A stretch of 64,000 nucleotides of DNA from Octopus sinensis (lineage: Eukaryota), in contig NC_043008.1 in assembly GCF_006345805.1 (NCBI RefSeq), positions 73,718,001 to 73,782,000 of the forward strand. Reading direction: 5' to 3'. Under the pieces are notes generated by a model. It searched no databases. It had not been told where the DNA came from and was given only the letters and a program-made list of their open reading frames with translations. The translations under genes and the position numbers were made by a program. Below, one piece after another: positions 27,120 through 40,487 of the stretch (position 1 is the stretch's first letter; the number at the start of each line of letters is the position of its first letter).

Positions 27120-27585
27120 ACATAATGAAATAGGGTAATAATAAATTATTATTACCAGTGGCTTAGCACAATAAACGAATCAGTCATTAATTAGACTATT
27201 TAATATTCATATAGAAATACAACAAGAAGCTTCCAAATAGGAAAACGTTCTGCTAGAAAGAGCAGTAGAAATCTCAAGACCACAATAAAGGATAAATTCA
27301 CGAAAGGAATGAAAATTAAAAACGTTTACCATTTCAACTATTTCCCAGACCGCGGTTTCTAACTATTTCCAGCAAAAAAATATTTGCTGAAGGCCAGTTT
27401 TCTTCAGTGGGACAGCCTTTAGATTTCAGACATATAGACCGCTAGATCCACATGTAGAACTAACGGTTTGTAAATCCTATCTTTTCAAACCACTGCGCAG
27501 ACGCAGATTATACCCGGCGACAGAGAGGATGCCGGTAAAAATTTCGAACAAATTTATCAAACAATATTTAAACATAATAAAATAT
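27120..27585 (-). mobile_element. ~465-bp non-coding unit between two (TA)n tracts carrying a hammerhead ribozyme; putative Penelope pLTR/retrozyme-like unit
   Basis: Bounded by (TA)n at 27058-27115 and 27585-27605, and contains the hammerhead below. Its end resembles that of the neighbouring unit starting at 26706 (agggtaa...aatt...ttacca). Confidence 0.5.
27342..27412 (-). ncRNA. Type I hammerhead ribozyme, near-canonical
   Basis: Minus strand: UCCCA CUGAAGA [A-AACUG-GCCU-UCAGCAAA-loop-UUUGCUGG-AAA-UAGUU-A] GAAA CCGCGG UC UGGGA. Stem I has 5 bp, the core CUGAnGA/GAAA is intact, the cleavage triplet is GUC, and stem III is the palindrome ACCGCGGU. The only defect is an A.A mismatch at 10.1-11.1. 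Confidence 0.72.
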
Positions 27586-27619
27586 TGTATATATATATAT
27601 ACATTTCTGCCATTTACTT

Positions 27620-28600
27620 TTGATTTATCCATGCAGCGCTACGTACGCTTTGGTGTTTACTTTGTAATAAAAGATACCCCTTAAATATTATGTACGACTC
27701 TCACCCACTTTTTGCTGGTTTTACCCCTTTTCAATCCTTCTCTTTCCCTCTGTCTCTCTCACCCTCTCGTTTTTCTTCCTTAGCTCTTTCTCCTCTATCT
27801 CTCCTTTCCCTCCCTGTCTTTCTCCCCATCGTTCCTCTATCCCACTGATTTCATTTTCCCTCTCTCGTATTCTTTAATCCCTTTCCCCTCCCTCTTACCT
27901 CTCAATCTATTTGGCTTTCCTTCCCCACTTCCCATTTACCTTGTTTCTCTCTCTCTCTCCCCTTCACTTCCTGGTAGCCCTCCCTCTCATTATTAGGTCC
28001 CTCTAATTTCTTTCCCCTCTCTCCTGTTCCTTAGTCCCTTTGCCTTTTTCAACTCCTCCACTCCTCTACTAAGTGATCGCTGTCCGGTTTATACATTGTC
28101 TTCCTTTTTCAGCTGGCTGCCTTTGAGGTCAGCTGCATCTGTTCTGTCTCGCCGCCCGGTTAGTTAAGATGTTTCAATTTCCTTTTTCCTAGCACTAGCT
28201 TACGATACTGTCTGATAGTCGAAAGACTGTCTGTTTTGTTTTATTCTTGTTGTATAGCCGAAATGCTTTTTTTCTATTATATATGTGTAGTTCTATTTCC
28301 CATGTTACATAGTCCAATAGTCGAAAGACCCTTTCTGTTTGTTATTTCCTTGTGTTTGTATATTGTACTTTCGTTTTGCCTTGCTCACGGGCTTACTGTC
28401 CTTCAGCTTATGCCATTGGTCCAACTGGTTTCGTGTAGTATCGGAGAGGAATGGGCGAAGCTATGTAGACATTCCAGACTCCGGCTCAACAAGCAATTGG
28501 CTGCAAATGATGTGTATTTGTTTTGTTCTGTTTGCCGTTGTGCTGCTATCGTCCTTTTCCTGCTTGCTATGTTTGACGATTTCCATTTATTGTATTTTAT
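27620..28600 (+). mobile_element. Non-coding module with a pyrimidine-rich core, related in architecture to 24559-25734
   Basis: Shares gctacgtac (27638 vs 24897) and gtacgactct (27692 vs 24949) just upstream of a long C/T tract. Bounded by (TA)n on both sides. Confidence 0.4.
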
Positions 28601-28637
28601 ATACATATATATATATATACGCACACATACACACACA

Positions 28638-28673
<36 letters not shown>

Positions 28674-28862
28674 CACGCACGCACGAACGCACGTGCACGC
28701 ACGCACGAACGCACGTGCACGCACGCGCGCACACATACATATACATCTAAGTCACAATATATGGATTCAAGTAATCCTGTAGTACTCATAAGAAAGCTCC
28801 TAAATGTATCATTCTACAAATATACAGTAGAATACAAGAGAAAACGTTACACATTTTTGGGG

Positions 28863-29790
28863 GGTACTTTGTCCTGTACTTCTCGCCCGTGTGTTTACGT
28901 ATTTTTCACACGTTGGTGATGACCTGTACTTGTTGTATCTTATATCTATTTATTCATAATCGAACACCACGCATCCTCGTCCACAGTAAAATTTTCCTTC
29001 TAGTTGTAATTTCTGCGACTCTACTTTCTCTTCCCTTTCTTTCTTTCTGTGTTTCTTTCTCACTATTCCTCTACAATCCTCTTTATTTTCTGTTTCTCCC
29101 CTTCTTTGCTGTCCACTGTCTATCTTCCACCCCTTACAATCCTTCGTTCTTTCTCCCTTCTAATCACCCCCTCTGGTTGTTCCTTCATCCTCTCTCTTGT
29201 CTCCCTTCTCCCCTGCCTGTTTGCTTCCACAGGCCTTTTTTTTCCACCTCTGTCTTTTCTGAACGCGACGTGCATTAGGCTGGACGTCATTTTGCTCGCC
29301 TCACGACATTTTTTCTCTTTTTCTCTCTTCTACTATTTTCTTCTATTTATTCTATATCCTTTCAAAATTTCTCCCATTACAATGTGTCTTGACCTAACGG
29401 TTCTTAATGTTTGTATTCGTCGATTGTTTACTCTGTACGTCCATTCTGTCGTTATTTGCTCGTTCGAAGCTCGAACTCTCCACAGTTTTTATATTTTTAG
29501 AATTTCTGGATGCCGCTGTTTTATGAGGTTTTCCTATCTTGTCGTTGAAAGTGCGAAATAGGGAGTAATCAACAATCAACAACTGAGGTGGAGTTAGACT
29601 TCCTTTGGTATTTTGTCCAGTACTTGTCTCTCATTATGTGTTTACATATTTTTCACGCGTTGGTGAGGTCCTGTTTGCATTGTGTATTTTTTGGTATTTT
29701 TTCATGTACTTATAACTCGTGTTTACGTATTTTTCACTCATTTGTGATGTCCTGTACTTGGTGTAGTTTATATTTATTTATTTACATACA
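28863..29790 (+). mobile_element. Non-coding module with ~90-bp degenerate terminal direct repeats and a pyrimidine-rich core
   Basis: ggta.tttgtcc.gtact...gtgtttac.tattttcac...gtgatg.cctgtacttg occurs at 28863, 29607 and 29693. gcgactcta at 29015 precedes the C/T tract. Confidence 0.45.
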
Positions 29791-30379
29791 TACATATGTG
29801 CGTTTGTATGTATGCGTGTTTGTATGTAAGTAAATTGAGGTTACAGTGTTTAAGAACGTCCAAGAACAACCATAGAATAGTTAGTGATTACGGAGTTAGT
29901 ACAAAAACACTGACTTAACATTTCACTTAACGGGTTACTGAATAATCCTGTAGGCAATGCATAAAAGCCCAGTACACAACAAGGCAAATTTTGTGAAATA
30001 AATAAATATGTTTGTGTGTGTGTGAAACGTAGTATATGTACGTGTAATCATGTCTTAGCGACTCGATTAATAGAATACTATGGTCGATATGATAGTTCAA
30101 AACCTCTGAAAGGTGTGTAGCTTGTACATACATATTTCAATGACTGCCAACTGTAAAGAGTATCAACGGCTGAATATAATATGCTTTAACTTTAAATAAC
30201 TGTGGAATTCAGTGTATGGGCCCTACTCTTCTGAAATTTTCTCTTAATAATATATACCGACCCCTGCCATATTTGAAGCCGTAATTCAGAAAATAACAGT
30301 TTTAATGGATAAATTTGCAATTGGCACGCCGAGCTCTAGATCAAATGTGGGAGTCAAATTTGAAAATAATAATAATGAA

Positions 30380-30760
30380 TTATTATATGAATACTGTAAG
30401 GACCATTATTGTGAGACAAGACATTGTGGATTGTATCAAGTCAATATTTAGAGAAACATTTCTAATAGAAGCAACCTATGATCTACCCATAACTCCCTCG
30501 GCAACATGTTTAGAATTAATTGGAGGAGGTCTCCAGGACTCTGCAAATATGTCATTAAGCCATAAAAAGAAGCCAGTATTAATTTTTGTATTTCTTTGAA
30601 ATCTCTATGGGAATGTGAGTTTTAGTGTTTCATCAAGTTGTCGACAACCATCACAAGGACTTGTTTATGAGATTAACTGTTACGGTCATACCGAATTGAA
30701 ATCAAAATACCAAGACATGTAATGTATCAGTATAAGATGTTCACTGACTGCTAGTGTAAG
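30380..30760 (+). mobile_element. Very decayed 3' remnant of an RLE-type LINE
   Basis: Scattered motifs HNSLGNMF, LWE and ELKSKYQDM occur in the order expected for the RH(N/D), LWD and KYQDL motifs of the R4-type elements nearby. Confidence 0.3.
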
Positions 30761-33700
30761 AGAGAAATGAAAATGAAGACGCCATGCCAGAATAAGGTTT
30801 TGAATGGAAGCACGCCAAAAAGTGGATATTGCAATGAGAAGGGTGGAGTGACGGAATTAAAAATGGAAACATGGATGACACAACTGAAAACTGAATAGTA
30901 CAGACGAGGATCACAACAAAAATATCAAAACATTAATAACAGCTTCAATAGAAAATCAATAAACATTTAGCGTAATATTTAAAAAGCACAAAAAGTAACA
31001 AGACCAGTTATTTCACTGACAATCCTGAAAGACACTTTAAAATGTCAGTGTTTAAGCCATGCAGTTTTAGAATAGAATATAACCAAGAAACATATAAACA
31101 ACATATACAACAATTAAATCATCTCAAGAGAAATTATTACCAAGAAATTCCTTAACACAAGAAATATTCCTTAGAGACAATGTCTTTCTATTTTCTTGCA
31201 GAAAGCACGCGCTATACACAATAACAGGAAAACATATTCGAAAATGTGCTATCGTTACATAGAATACAGACGATACAATACCATATTGGATTCTGTGATC
31301 TAAAAGTAGTTAATCAGAAAGGCCATAAAGAGTTGAAAGTTCTAATTGAGAGGAATTAGAAAGATTTAACATTTTATCATATAATTTGTGAGCTCATTGT
31401 TGATCCTTTTGTAGAAAAATCTACAATAAATTGATGCTGTCATCTGGAGTAAATTATCACAATCAGATTGTACTATAAGTATTGATGTACATTTACGATA
31501 TTCTTTAAACTGGAATAAGGGTACAAATGTACCGAGAACGAAGAGATGTTCATCCTCCTTGATTTAGCCTCAGTTCCGAATTTATTTTTCTTGACTTCTT
31601 TTCTTGTTTCGTTGGTTATATCAATATGCATCGTGACAAATAACTACAAAACTTGCATATATGAGATATACGCGTTGAATTTGTTAAATAGAGAAGGGAG
31701 TAGAGGGATTTGGTGGATTTCTGTTCTTTGTTGTATGTCTCCATATCTGTTGTTTGTCTCCATTTTTCAAGCAGTTCTGATACAGTAAAATTCGTTGGCA
31801 TCAGAATTTCAATTTACAGATTTATAGCTCATCAACAACATATTTCAATCTCTACAATCAATTAGTAAAGCATAATCTTTTCTTCAAATATATTTAAGGA
31901 CTCTTATACGTTACAAAATTTTGCCATGACTGATCCAACTACCTTTTATTTCATATTACTAAATATTAAATGTGTTCTTATTTATGAAACTTGAATACAA
32001 TCTAATGGACGTTATTGTTTGGATGTTCAACAGTTACACTTGCTCTACTCACCTATACTCAATAATTCAACTAAATCATTCCTTCAATAGTTTTTCAACG
32101 TTACTGTCTCTATAATGGTTTACGTAGATATATTAGCTTTGCTGAAGTTCATATGCCCGATATCGGATAGTATCTGTTTTATCTCCCCTAATTTTCAAAA
32201 CTCATGATCTCAGAGTCATTTGCAGCCAAAATTCCTATGTTAATTTTCATATCCCATTTCATTTGTCTTCCTTTCAAATAATTATTCAATATACATCCTT
32301 ACCAATCGACCAAAAGGTCTAATGCTCCAATAGCAGATTCTCGATAATAATAGCATCAGTAACAGAATAGGAGCACATCAGGCCAATCAGTGCACTTCTT
32401 TAGAAAGCAGAAATATACTGCTTATGTTATAAACCTATAATTTAATTATTGCTGAGTAGTACCAGAAATCAGAAACGGCATTGCCCCAACCGACTCAATT
32501 TTCCCAATTAGACACCTTATACTTTCCAAAAGAATAACATGTAGAAGTAACAAATGCTGTTTAGATGATAGTGTAACTGTTGATTACATGAAGGTTTTTA
32601 GACGAATATTTACGTACAATATGTCTGATCAGACAAAAATATCTTAGATTATTCAAGATACAAATCACAAAGTAAATTTACCAATCTCTTTACATTTAAA
32701 ATATTTCAAAATTACCTGAAACTTCAATAATATTTTAGACATTTCTTTATCGACAAAAAGTACGCTTTGTTTCTGGTGAGCTGATTGCAAATATCATAAA
32801 ATATTAGTATCATTTGAATCTATAGAAGCAAGAGCGAGAAGTTTGCGTTACAGTGCCTTCAGTCATAGGTCTGCTTCATTCGAGTAAATCTGGAGATAAA
32901 CAACAGCAACAATGATATAACATCACATACTTAAAAAGCATTCCACTTTTCCCTGTTGGCTAAGATGTTAACCTATATTTCTTATTTAATCTTTTTGAAC
33001 CATGTAATTACACGGCTCTCCTCTGAATTTTCAAATTTTCGTAACTTGTATCTTCTCGACTTTCATTCTTTCATCTTCACAATTGTACCATTCTTTCAGT
33101 AAAAAAAAGTTAGATATTTAATATTTTCTTTTTATCTTCTCTGTATGAAAGTCGCCTTTGCTGCGTCTTAGGAAAGCCAAGATGGCTATTTCGAATATCA
33201 GCTTAATAAATGGTGGATAATAGGGATGCAGCAGGGGGAGAAACCTGGTCTAAATACTTGTAAATTGAATCTATGAAAGGCATTTGAGCACCAGATGACA
33301 TTTTAAAACCTAGAATTGTGTTAATCAATCCGACAAATTTTAATCCAGGTAACGCAAAATCAAATGCATGATGTCATATGATGTTTTGTGTGTGGGCTCG
33401 CGCATGTGCATGTGTACGTGTGTACATGTGTACATGTGTGTGTGTGAAGTGGGAGGTTAAGTAGCGTTAGTTGAACGGAGAGCACAAAAATCAGGATGAG
33501 ATAAGCATGTTAATGTCTACAACGTCTAAAAGCTATCCTAATATTTAAACTACAGAGGTATAACATTGGAAGATCTAAGGAGTTAAATACCTTCAGGTCA
33601 TACCCTATTTTCTTATACAAAGTTATCTGGGACGAATTTATATCCAAATAATATTTAAATATAAAACCGGATGCTCACGTTTCGAATACATTCAAAAATA

Positions 33701-34594
33701 GGTGCAGCGGCTCAGATCTGACATTGGCAGTAAGCGTAAATAACAATCATAAAGATAACATTGCTTGGACATAATGTTTAAGCAACAGAACCCAAATTCA
33801 ATTACCAATTTATAATTTTGTTTTCTATCCAAAATCGCTTTTTATTAAATCATAAGATTAGATTGTCAGATCTTAATCTGGAACTGTGAATTTCGCGGTG
33901 ATAGCTCTGAAACAAGTTTATTTTATGTATCAAAGTTGGAAAGGAAATAGACAGGAATAAATAAAACAAGATATATTATAGTGAAGCTTCATGTTGACAA
34001 AGACTATATAGCAGAGATTTAGATAGTCACAATAAGGAATTTAGGTTTCTACGTAATTCAATGAGTGAAGGAAAATAAGATAACAACGTATGACCTTCAT
34101 CGAGTCAGTAACATTAGAGGTATGGAAATAGCCATATAGAACTGGATTTAAATAATAATTTGACATAGAAACAAGTCTGAAAAGTAGTAGTAGTAGTAGT
34201 AGTAGTGCATTTATAGTAAAAGACAACAAAACAATAGCAGTAGATAAATACTAGATAGTGGACAAGTAATACTGCTACAATAGTCATGGCATAAAAGATG
34301 GGCTACAACAAATATTCTGCTCAATCTCGCAGATTTGCTTGTCACTTGCTTGACCTTAATCTGCTGAGAATTTTCTTTAGTGCCTGGCAAGATGTGCATC
34401 TCTGATCACGAGCAGGGGGGAGTATTATAGCCATATTTTGAAAGGAATCCTTTGGATTTGATTAATTCACGTCTTGAAAAATTGTTGTTTTGTTCATCAT
34501 ACCTTATTCAAGGTCCTTTTGAGCGAGATGAGCTACAGCTGCTTCACCTGAAGAAAATCTTAACTGGGCTCCACCTGCAATATCATGCACATTT

Positions 34595-35575
34595 TATCTC
34601 GATGTCATAATAGAGTTTGGACTTTCAAAATGTGATCTGATGGTAATGAGAGGAGGAAAGTTTGTCAGAAGAGAAGGATTATCTATGTCAATTTGGATAT
34701 AAATACCTGGGAATACTTGAGGCAGATGGAACTGAGCATAATGATGTGAAACAGAAGAAAACGACTGAGTACTTGCGGTAAATGAAAAAGATATTGAAAT
34801 AAAATTTGAATGCCAGAAACATAATTTCTGCAATAAAAGCATGCGCAGTCGCAGTGGTTCGGTATGAGGCTAGAGTTCTGAAGTGGGCAGAGGATGAGCT
34901 AAAGGAGTCGGACAGGAAAACAAGAGAGCTCCTGATAATGCACTGAGCCCATCATCCACGTGCAGACACTGATCGCCTACATATGAAGAGAGTAAATGGA
35001 CAATGGGGACTGATAAATGGTGAATACTGTGTACATATCGAACTTTGAAACAGCTGAGATATTTATCCCAAAGAAAATCTTGCTAGTAGCAGTTATAGAT
35101 GAAAACATATTAAATGCAGGAAAGAAGAAAGGAAAAAGGCAAGAATTACAAGAAGGACATGAAGAATCACTACGCAACAAGGAATTACTCAATCGATTCC
35201 ATGCAGCCGCAACTGAAGTTGCCAGAGAACAATGTTGGGACTGTTGATGATAGGAACATTGACAAAAGAGACTGAAAGCAAAATATTGACAGTGCAAGTT
35301 CAACCATTAGCTACAAATTGGAGGCTCCACCTAGGAAAGAATGTGTGCCACCACCATGCAGCATCGGTATTACAGTCGACTGATCCATCACCCATTTTGT
35401 GAGAGAATGCCTTCGGCTTGCCCAAAACCGATATAAGTTTAGGCGACACAATGGTGTAGTGCTTCATTGAAAACTGAGGGGAAAGTGGGGGACAGAGTGA
35501 GGCAAGACGTCGTATAAACACAAACCAGAGAGAGTAACTAAGGCGGGGACGTGCAAAATCCAATGTCTTCTCAGT
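34595..35575 (+). mobile_element. R4/Dong-type LINE fragment (RT C-terminus to zinc knuckle)
   Basis: EFGLSKC, YKYLGILEAD, NLNARNIISAIKACAVAVVRY, ELKESDRKTRELLIMH, HPRADTDRL, ITHFVRECLRLAQ..Y..RRHNGV. Confidence 0.8.
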
Positions 35576-36049
35576 CTCTCGCCAATACATAAATAATAAT
35601 TATAACTACGAAAGAAACAACACAAGCCCATAGGCGGTGTTCAATTAAAAAGGTAAACGCTGTGGAAAGAACCCATAAGAAAAACCAAAAGGGGAAGAAC
35701 GGGGACATATAACCATAAATACTATGAAATAGTTGATTTATGTTTTACACACATTACTATGCAATACTCCTCTAAAAGCATACAGGATTAAACTCATGCC
35801 ACAAATATCCAATAAAATGAACAAATCTCACAGCATGTGCCATAGAAGACCGATAGTTGACAGAAGAATACAACCTGCGCTGGACAAACATTACACAATG
35901 CAAAAACTAATACACCAGGTTTAAACCAAACCCCATAACAAATCATACATATACAATACAATATCTTTCCCACCACCAAAAAATGCAGAACACACCACCC
36001 TACCAGTACAAAGGTGCAACACATGATGCAAGAGAAAGTTGCTTGAAAG

Positions 36050-39000
36050 TTGACGTTGAAGCGGTGATGACGTTGGGGACGAATGTTACCTTACCCCAGT
36101 TTATGAGAGTCGAGGGTTTGCCAAGTAACTCTGGTTGTAACAGTGAAAAGGAAGCTGGACCATTTAGGAAAGATGCAGACTGACCACAGCTGTTATTCTA
36201 ATAGAGATTCAGCAGATAATTGATTAAGAAGGAGGTAGTGGACCGACAAAGAAAACAGGATAATGATGCAGTGTTACTTAGAAAGTGAACCTCACAGAAT
36301 GGGCTATAGAAAACGGATGTTAGTACTTTGGATAGAGAAAGGTAAGTTTAAAGTGATTGATCAGAGATTAGTAGATCAATCTCACGCTATTAGGAGAAGA
36401 AACTGGATGACAGAATTTGAGGTAGAAGAGATCACAAGAGAACTGGAAAAGAAAGACAAGGCAGCAGGAAAGGCAAACAACAGCATAAGCGATACAGCTC
36501 CAACCAAAGAAGAGCGCTAAGGAAAAAATAATAATAGCGCTACCAATAAGGAAAGGGCAACTGGCACCAGCGACTTAAATGGTTTAAGTGAGGTTGATCA
36601 GAAGATTTTAGATGAGTTGTAGCAAGTAATAAGTAAAAAAAAAATAAAGTAAAAATTGCCAGCATTAAAAGACACCAACAGATGGGAGCTTCTAAAAATG
36701 ACTTGGAAGGAGATTCTGTTATCAGTAGGATAGATCCTAAAAATATACGAGACACTAACTTATTGATCTATGCAGGAGGGCTGCAGTCACTAGAAGAAAG
36801 ATTAAAAAAGAGCAAATGTGGAAAAGGAGACTTCAAAATAAAGTGAAGACTTTAAGAACCATCTAAGTAGAATAGAAGCCTGCAGACTGAACAAGTTAGG
36901 AATCACAAGATGTAAATTTTCCCTTGAGAAAAGATACATAGTCAAAGAGAAAGGATTTGGGACAATAACAGAAGAGTTGAAACAGCGTATCATAGCAGTA
37001 GCAGTGATGCTCTCCTGATATCAGAAAAGAATAGACCAGTATCAACAGTACAGATTATTTGAAAGAGACCAGCGAATACTTTATAACAAATTAAATAGTG
37101 GAGAACGAAGTACTGAAGATGAGAAGCCTAATGCAGAAGAAGCTAGAAAGTTCTGGAGAAATATTTGCGATAGCCCAGTCAATTATAATGGAGATGCAGT
37201 ATGGTTAAAGAAACTGAGGGAAGAAATAGTGAGAAGCAGCCAAATATTGGGTATTAATGAGTAAAGTGTAAGGAAAATGCCGAATTTGAAGGGCCCAGGA
37301 CCAGATTTAGTTCAAGGGTACTGATTAAAGAAATTTAGCATTCTACATAGGAGACGGAGGCAACAACTTCAGGATTACTTTAATGGAGGAATAATACCAG
37401 CTTGGATGGCTAGAAGGAGAAAAACACTACTTATGAAAGATAAAAGCAAGTGTAATACAGTTAGCGATTTTAGACCAATCACTTGCTTACCATTCGTGTG
37501 GAAGCTGTTTAGAGGAATGCTTTCAGAAAGCACCTTGACAACCAGAATTTACTGTCAGAAGAACAGAGAGGTTACAGGAAGAAGACTAAAGGAAAGCATG
37601 ATCTATTATACATAGACAAAGCCGTTATAAAGTAAGTAAAAGCTAGAAAGAAAAATCTAATCGTAGCATGGATAGATTATAAGAAATCTTATGACATGAT
37701 TCCATACTCATAGATAAGTTAATGTGTGAGAGTATTCAGTATAGCAAACAACATATGAGAATTAAGTGGCTTTAACATAAAAAAATGGAAAGTAGTTCTC
37801 TACTCATGTTACAGTCTTAGGGAAAGCTAATAGGAAGAGAGAATTTTCCTGGGGAACTCGTTGTCCCCATTACTATTTGTGTTATGTTTGACCCCCTCCC
37901 TCAGTTTAGTATTAAGGAAAAGTCAAGTTTTCAGTTCAGATATAGTAATGGAAAAATTAACCATTTGCTCTACATGGATGATCTGAATCTTTTTAGTTAG
38001 TAAGCATGGGAAGGAGACAGATTCCTTAATACAGACTGTAAGACAATTCAGCAAAGATACAGGCATGGATTTGGCATAGTTAAATGTGCAATATTAGTCA
38101 TGGTAAGAGCAGAGGTAGTCAACATTGATGGCATCCTATTGTCAGATGTCCAGACATTAAAATCACTGAAAGACGGAGTATTGGAATCTGACAGACTACT
38201 AACTATAGACATGAAAACGAAAACTGGATAGATCAGAAGGGTAAGGAAGCTAATGAAGTCTATGCTAAAGGTACCGAATCTAGAGCAGGCAGTAAATACT
38301 AATGCAGTATCATTACTTCGATACTCAGCAGCTTTTGTAGATTGGACAAAAACTGAATTAGGAAAGCTAAACTGAAGATCTAGGAAGGAATTCAATATGA
38401 ATGGAAGACTTCCCCCAAGAGCAGAAGTAGTAAGATTATAGCTACTTAGAAAGGAAGGTGGACGACAGATAATATCAGAAGTTTGTGCAGAGTCAGCTAG
38501 AGTAGATATAAACTCCTATGTAGGTAATAATGAAGAAAGTTTATTAAAAGCCGCTAGAGTCACAGCAAGACATAAGGAAACCAAATTAAAAAGTTAAAAA
38601 CAGAAGAAAGAACAAAAAGTATTTGACTGGTAAGTGAAGACTTTGCTTGGTAGATTCCCAAAGATAGTTGCAGCAAATAGTAATAGTGAGACATGGCTAT
38701 GTTTGCCGAAAGAAAGACTAAAAACGGCGACAGAATGTCTGCTAGTAGCTGCGCAGGATCAAGCATTAAGGACTAAGTGGATAAAATCTAAGGTAGACAA
38801 AGACCAAGTTGCTTTCCAATGTAGGTTATGCAAGTCAAAAGAGGAAAGCGTTACTCATACAGCAAGTGAATGTAGCATGCTTGCACAGAAAGAATACAAG
38901 AAAATACATGACAACCGAAGGAGAGTAATCCACTGGGAGTTATGTAGAAAGCTAGGATTTGAACATACTGATAAACGGTATGAACAGGAAACTAGTAAAG

Positions 39001-39445
39001 TGCTATCAAGAAATATAAAATGTTGTGTGACTTTTACATTGAGACTGACAGATAACAGAAGCTAGAATGCCTGATTTAGTAGTAGTAGATAAAAGGAATA
39101 GAAAGTGAAAGTGTCAGATAATTGACTTTACAATCTCAAATGATGAAAAAATCAGCATGAGATGTATAGAAAAAATAGCAAAGTACCAGGAACTAGACAT
39201 TGAATTACAGAGACTATGGAATATTCAGCTGAAATGTATTCCTGTGTTTATAGGTGCATTGGTAATTATCCCTAAATATTTGAACAGAGGGATAGAGGAA
39301 ATAGGCATAAAACCCAGTTCAGTACAGCTCCAGAAAACAGTGTTATTAGCGACAGTTAGGACACTTAAGATGGTTTTTGGCATCTAAGGTTAGATGTTGT
39401 AGCCCGATGTTTTTTCCAACAGTGTAATCTGTTGCGTGTATATGA
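36050..39445 (+). mobile_element. Near full-length decayed R4/Dong-clade non-LTR retrotransposon (N-terminal domain, RT, CCHC, RLE endonuclease)
   Basis: GYRKRM...DQRLVDQ N-terminal domain (ORF 36263), FRPITCLP, AWIDYKKSYD, YMDD at 37971-37982, CRLCKSKEESVTHTASEC, PDLVVVD...KYQEL...IPVFIGAL. It ends in an (AAT/AAC)n tail. The 5' boundary is approximate. Confidence 0.92.
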
Positions 39446-39493
39446 ATAATAACAACAACAACAGTAACAACAATAATAATAACAACAATAATT

Positions 39494-39572
39494 CTGTCTA
39501 CTATAGGCACAAAGCGTTAAATTCTACGATGTAAGGCTAGTCGATTACATTACGCCAGTGTACAGCTGGTAT
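39494..39572 (-). mobile_element. SINE family A 3' fragment, tail-to-tail with the LINE
   Basis: ctactataggcacaaag...gtcgattacat...cagtgtacagctggta is the reverse complement of the family A 3' end. Confidence 0.5.
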
Positions 39573-40220
39573 ACGAAGTTCTCACAGGATTTGTCTGAAA
39601 AACAAACAGCACCATGGCAAAAAATATTAATAAAGTATTGTGTTCTATAAATTTTTCAGTTGTACACCACACACGACAAACGTTTGCGACGATCTTATCG
39701 TCACAAACTGATATTTGATGTTAGTATTCAGCCATTTACCTTCCTTCCCTTTAGCTCGATAGAATTATAAAACGTGGTTGAAAAACGAGATATTTATGCT
39801 CCTAGCTGTCAGCTTCAACCTTCTTAATCTTTAATTATTGTTTTTTTTTACTCTGTAAGAATGTCTATTACCTATTCACGACAGCAAAAGGAACTGAGAA
39901 AATGACAAATAAAATGTGTTTAGATGGAACAACAAAATGCCAGCAAAATATTCCGTCTCCCAACCTATAAGAAGTTAGTTTCTTATTACATCTACTCCAG
40001 CAACTATTCTTAGCATATGATATTCTTTACCAGAAATATTGTCAACTTATGCCTGTCTTCAAACGCCTACCACCGATGTTTACTCTACCACCATCTTCAA
40101 ATAGATAGCAACTGAATCCCGCGTTGAAGATATTCGATACACCTCAAAATTACTGTCCAGTTTCTATGCTACTGGTATATAATGTATTCTACTAATACAA
40201 AATATAATATATTTCTATAA

Positions 40221-40395
40221 GGCGTCAAACTAGCAGAATCGTTAGCACGCCAAGCAAAATTTTGAGTTCAAATTCCGCCGAGATACACTTTGCTTTTCAT
40301 CATTTCAGGGCCAATAAAATAAGTACCAATGTACTTATCCCTTACTCCGAAATTGCTGGCCTTCTGCCAACATTTGATACCAATATATTTGAAAC
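40221..40395 (+). mobile_element. SINE family A
   Basis: tagcagaatcgttagcacgcc (A box), gagttcaaattccgccgag (B box) and the family body. Confidence 0.75.
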
Positions 40396-40487
40396 CAATA
40401 TATTCTACTCATATATCTATTGATATATAATATACTCTACGGGTATATATTATATAATTCAACTGGCATATGATCTAACTACACTCG

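Noticed and set aside
28236-28919. 227-aa hydrophobic ORF
   Set aside because: T-rich low-complexity sequence running through a microsatellite, with no recognisable domain. The 220-aa ORF at 24894 has the same explanation.
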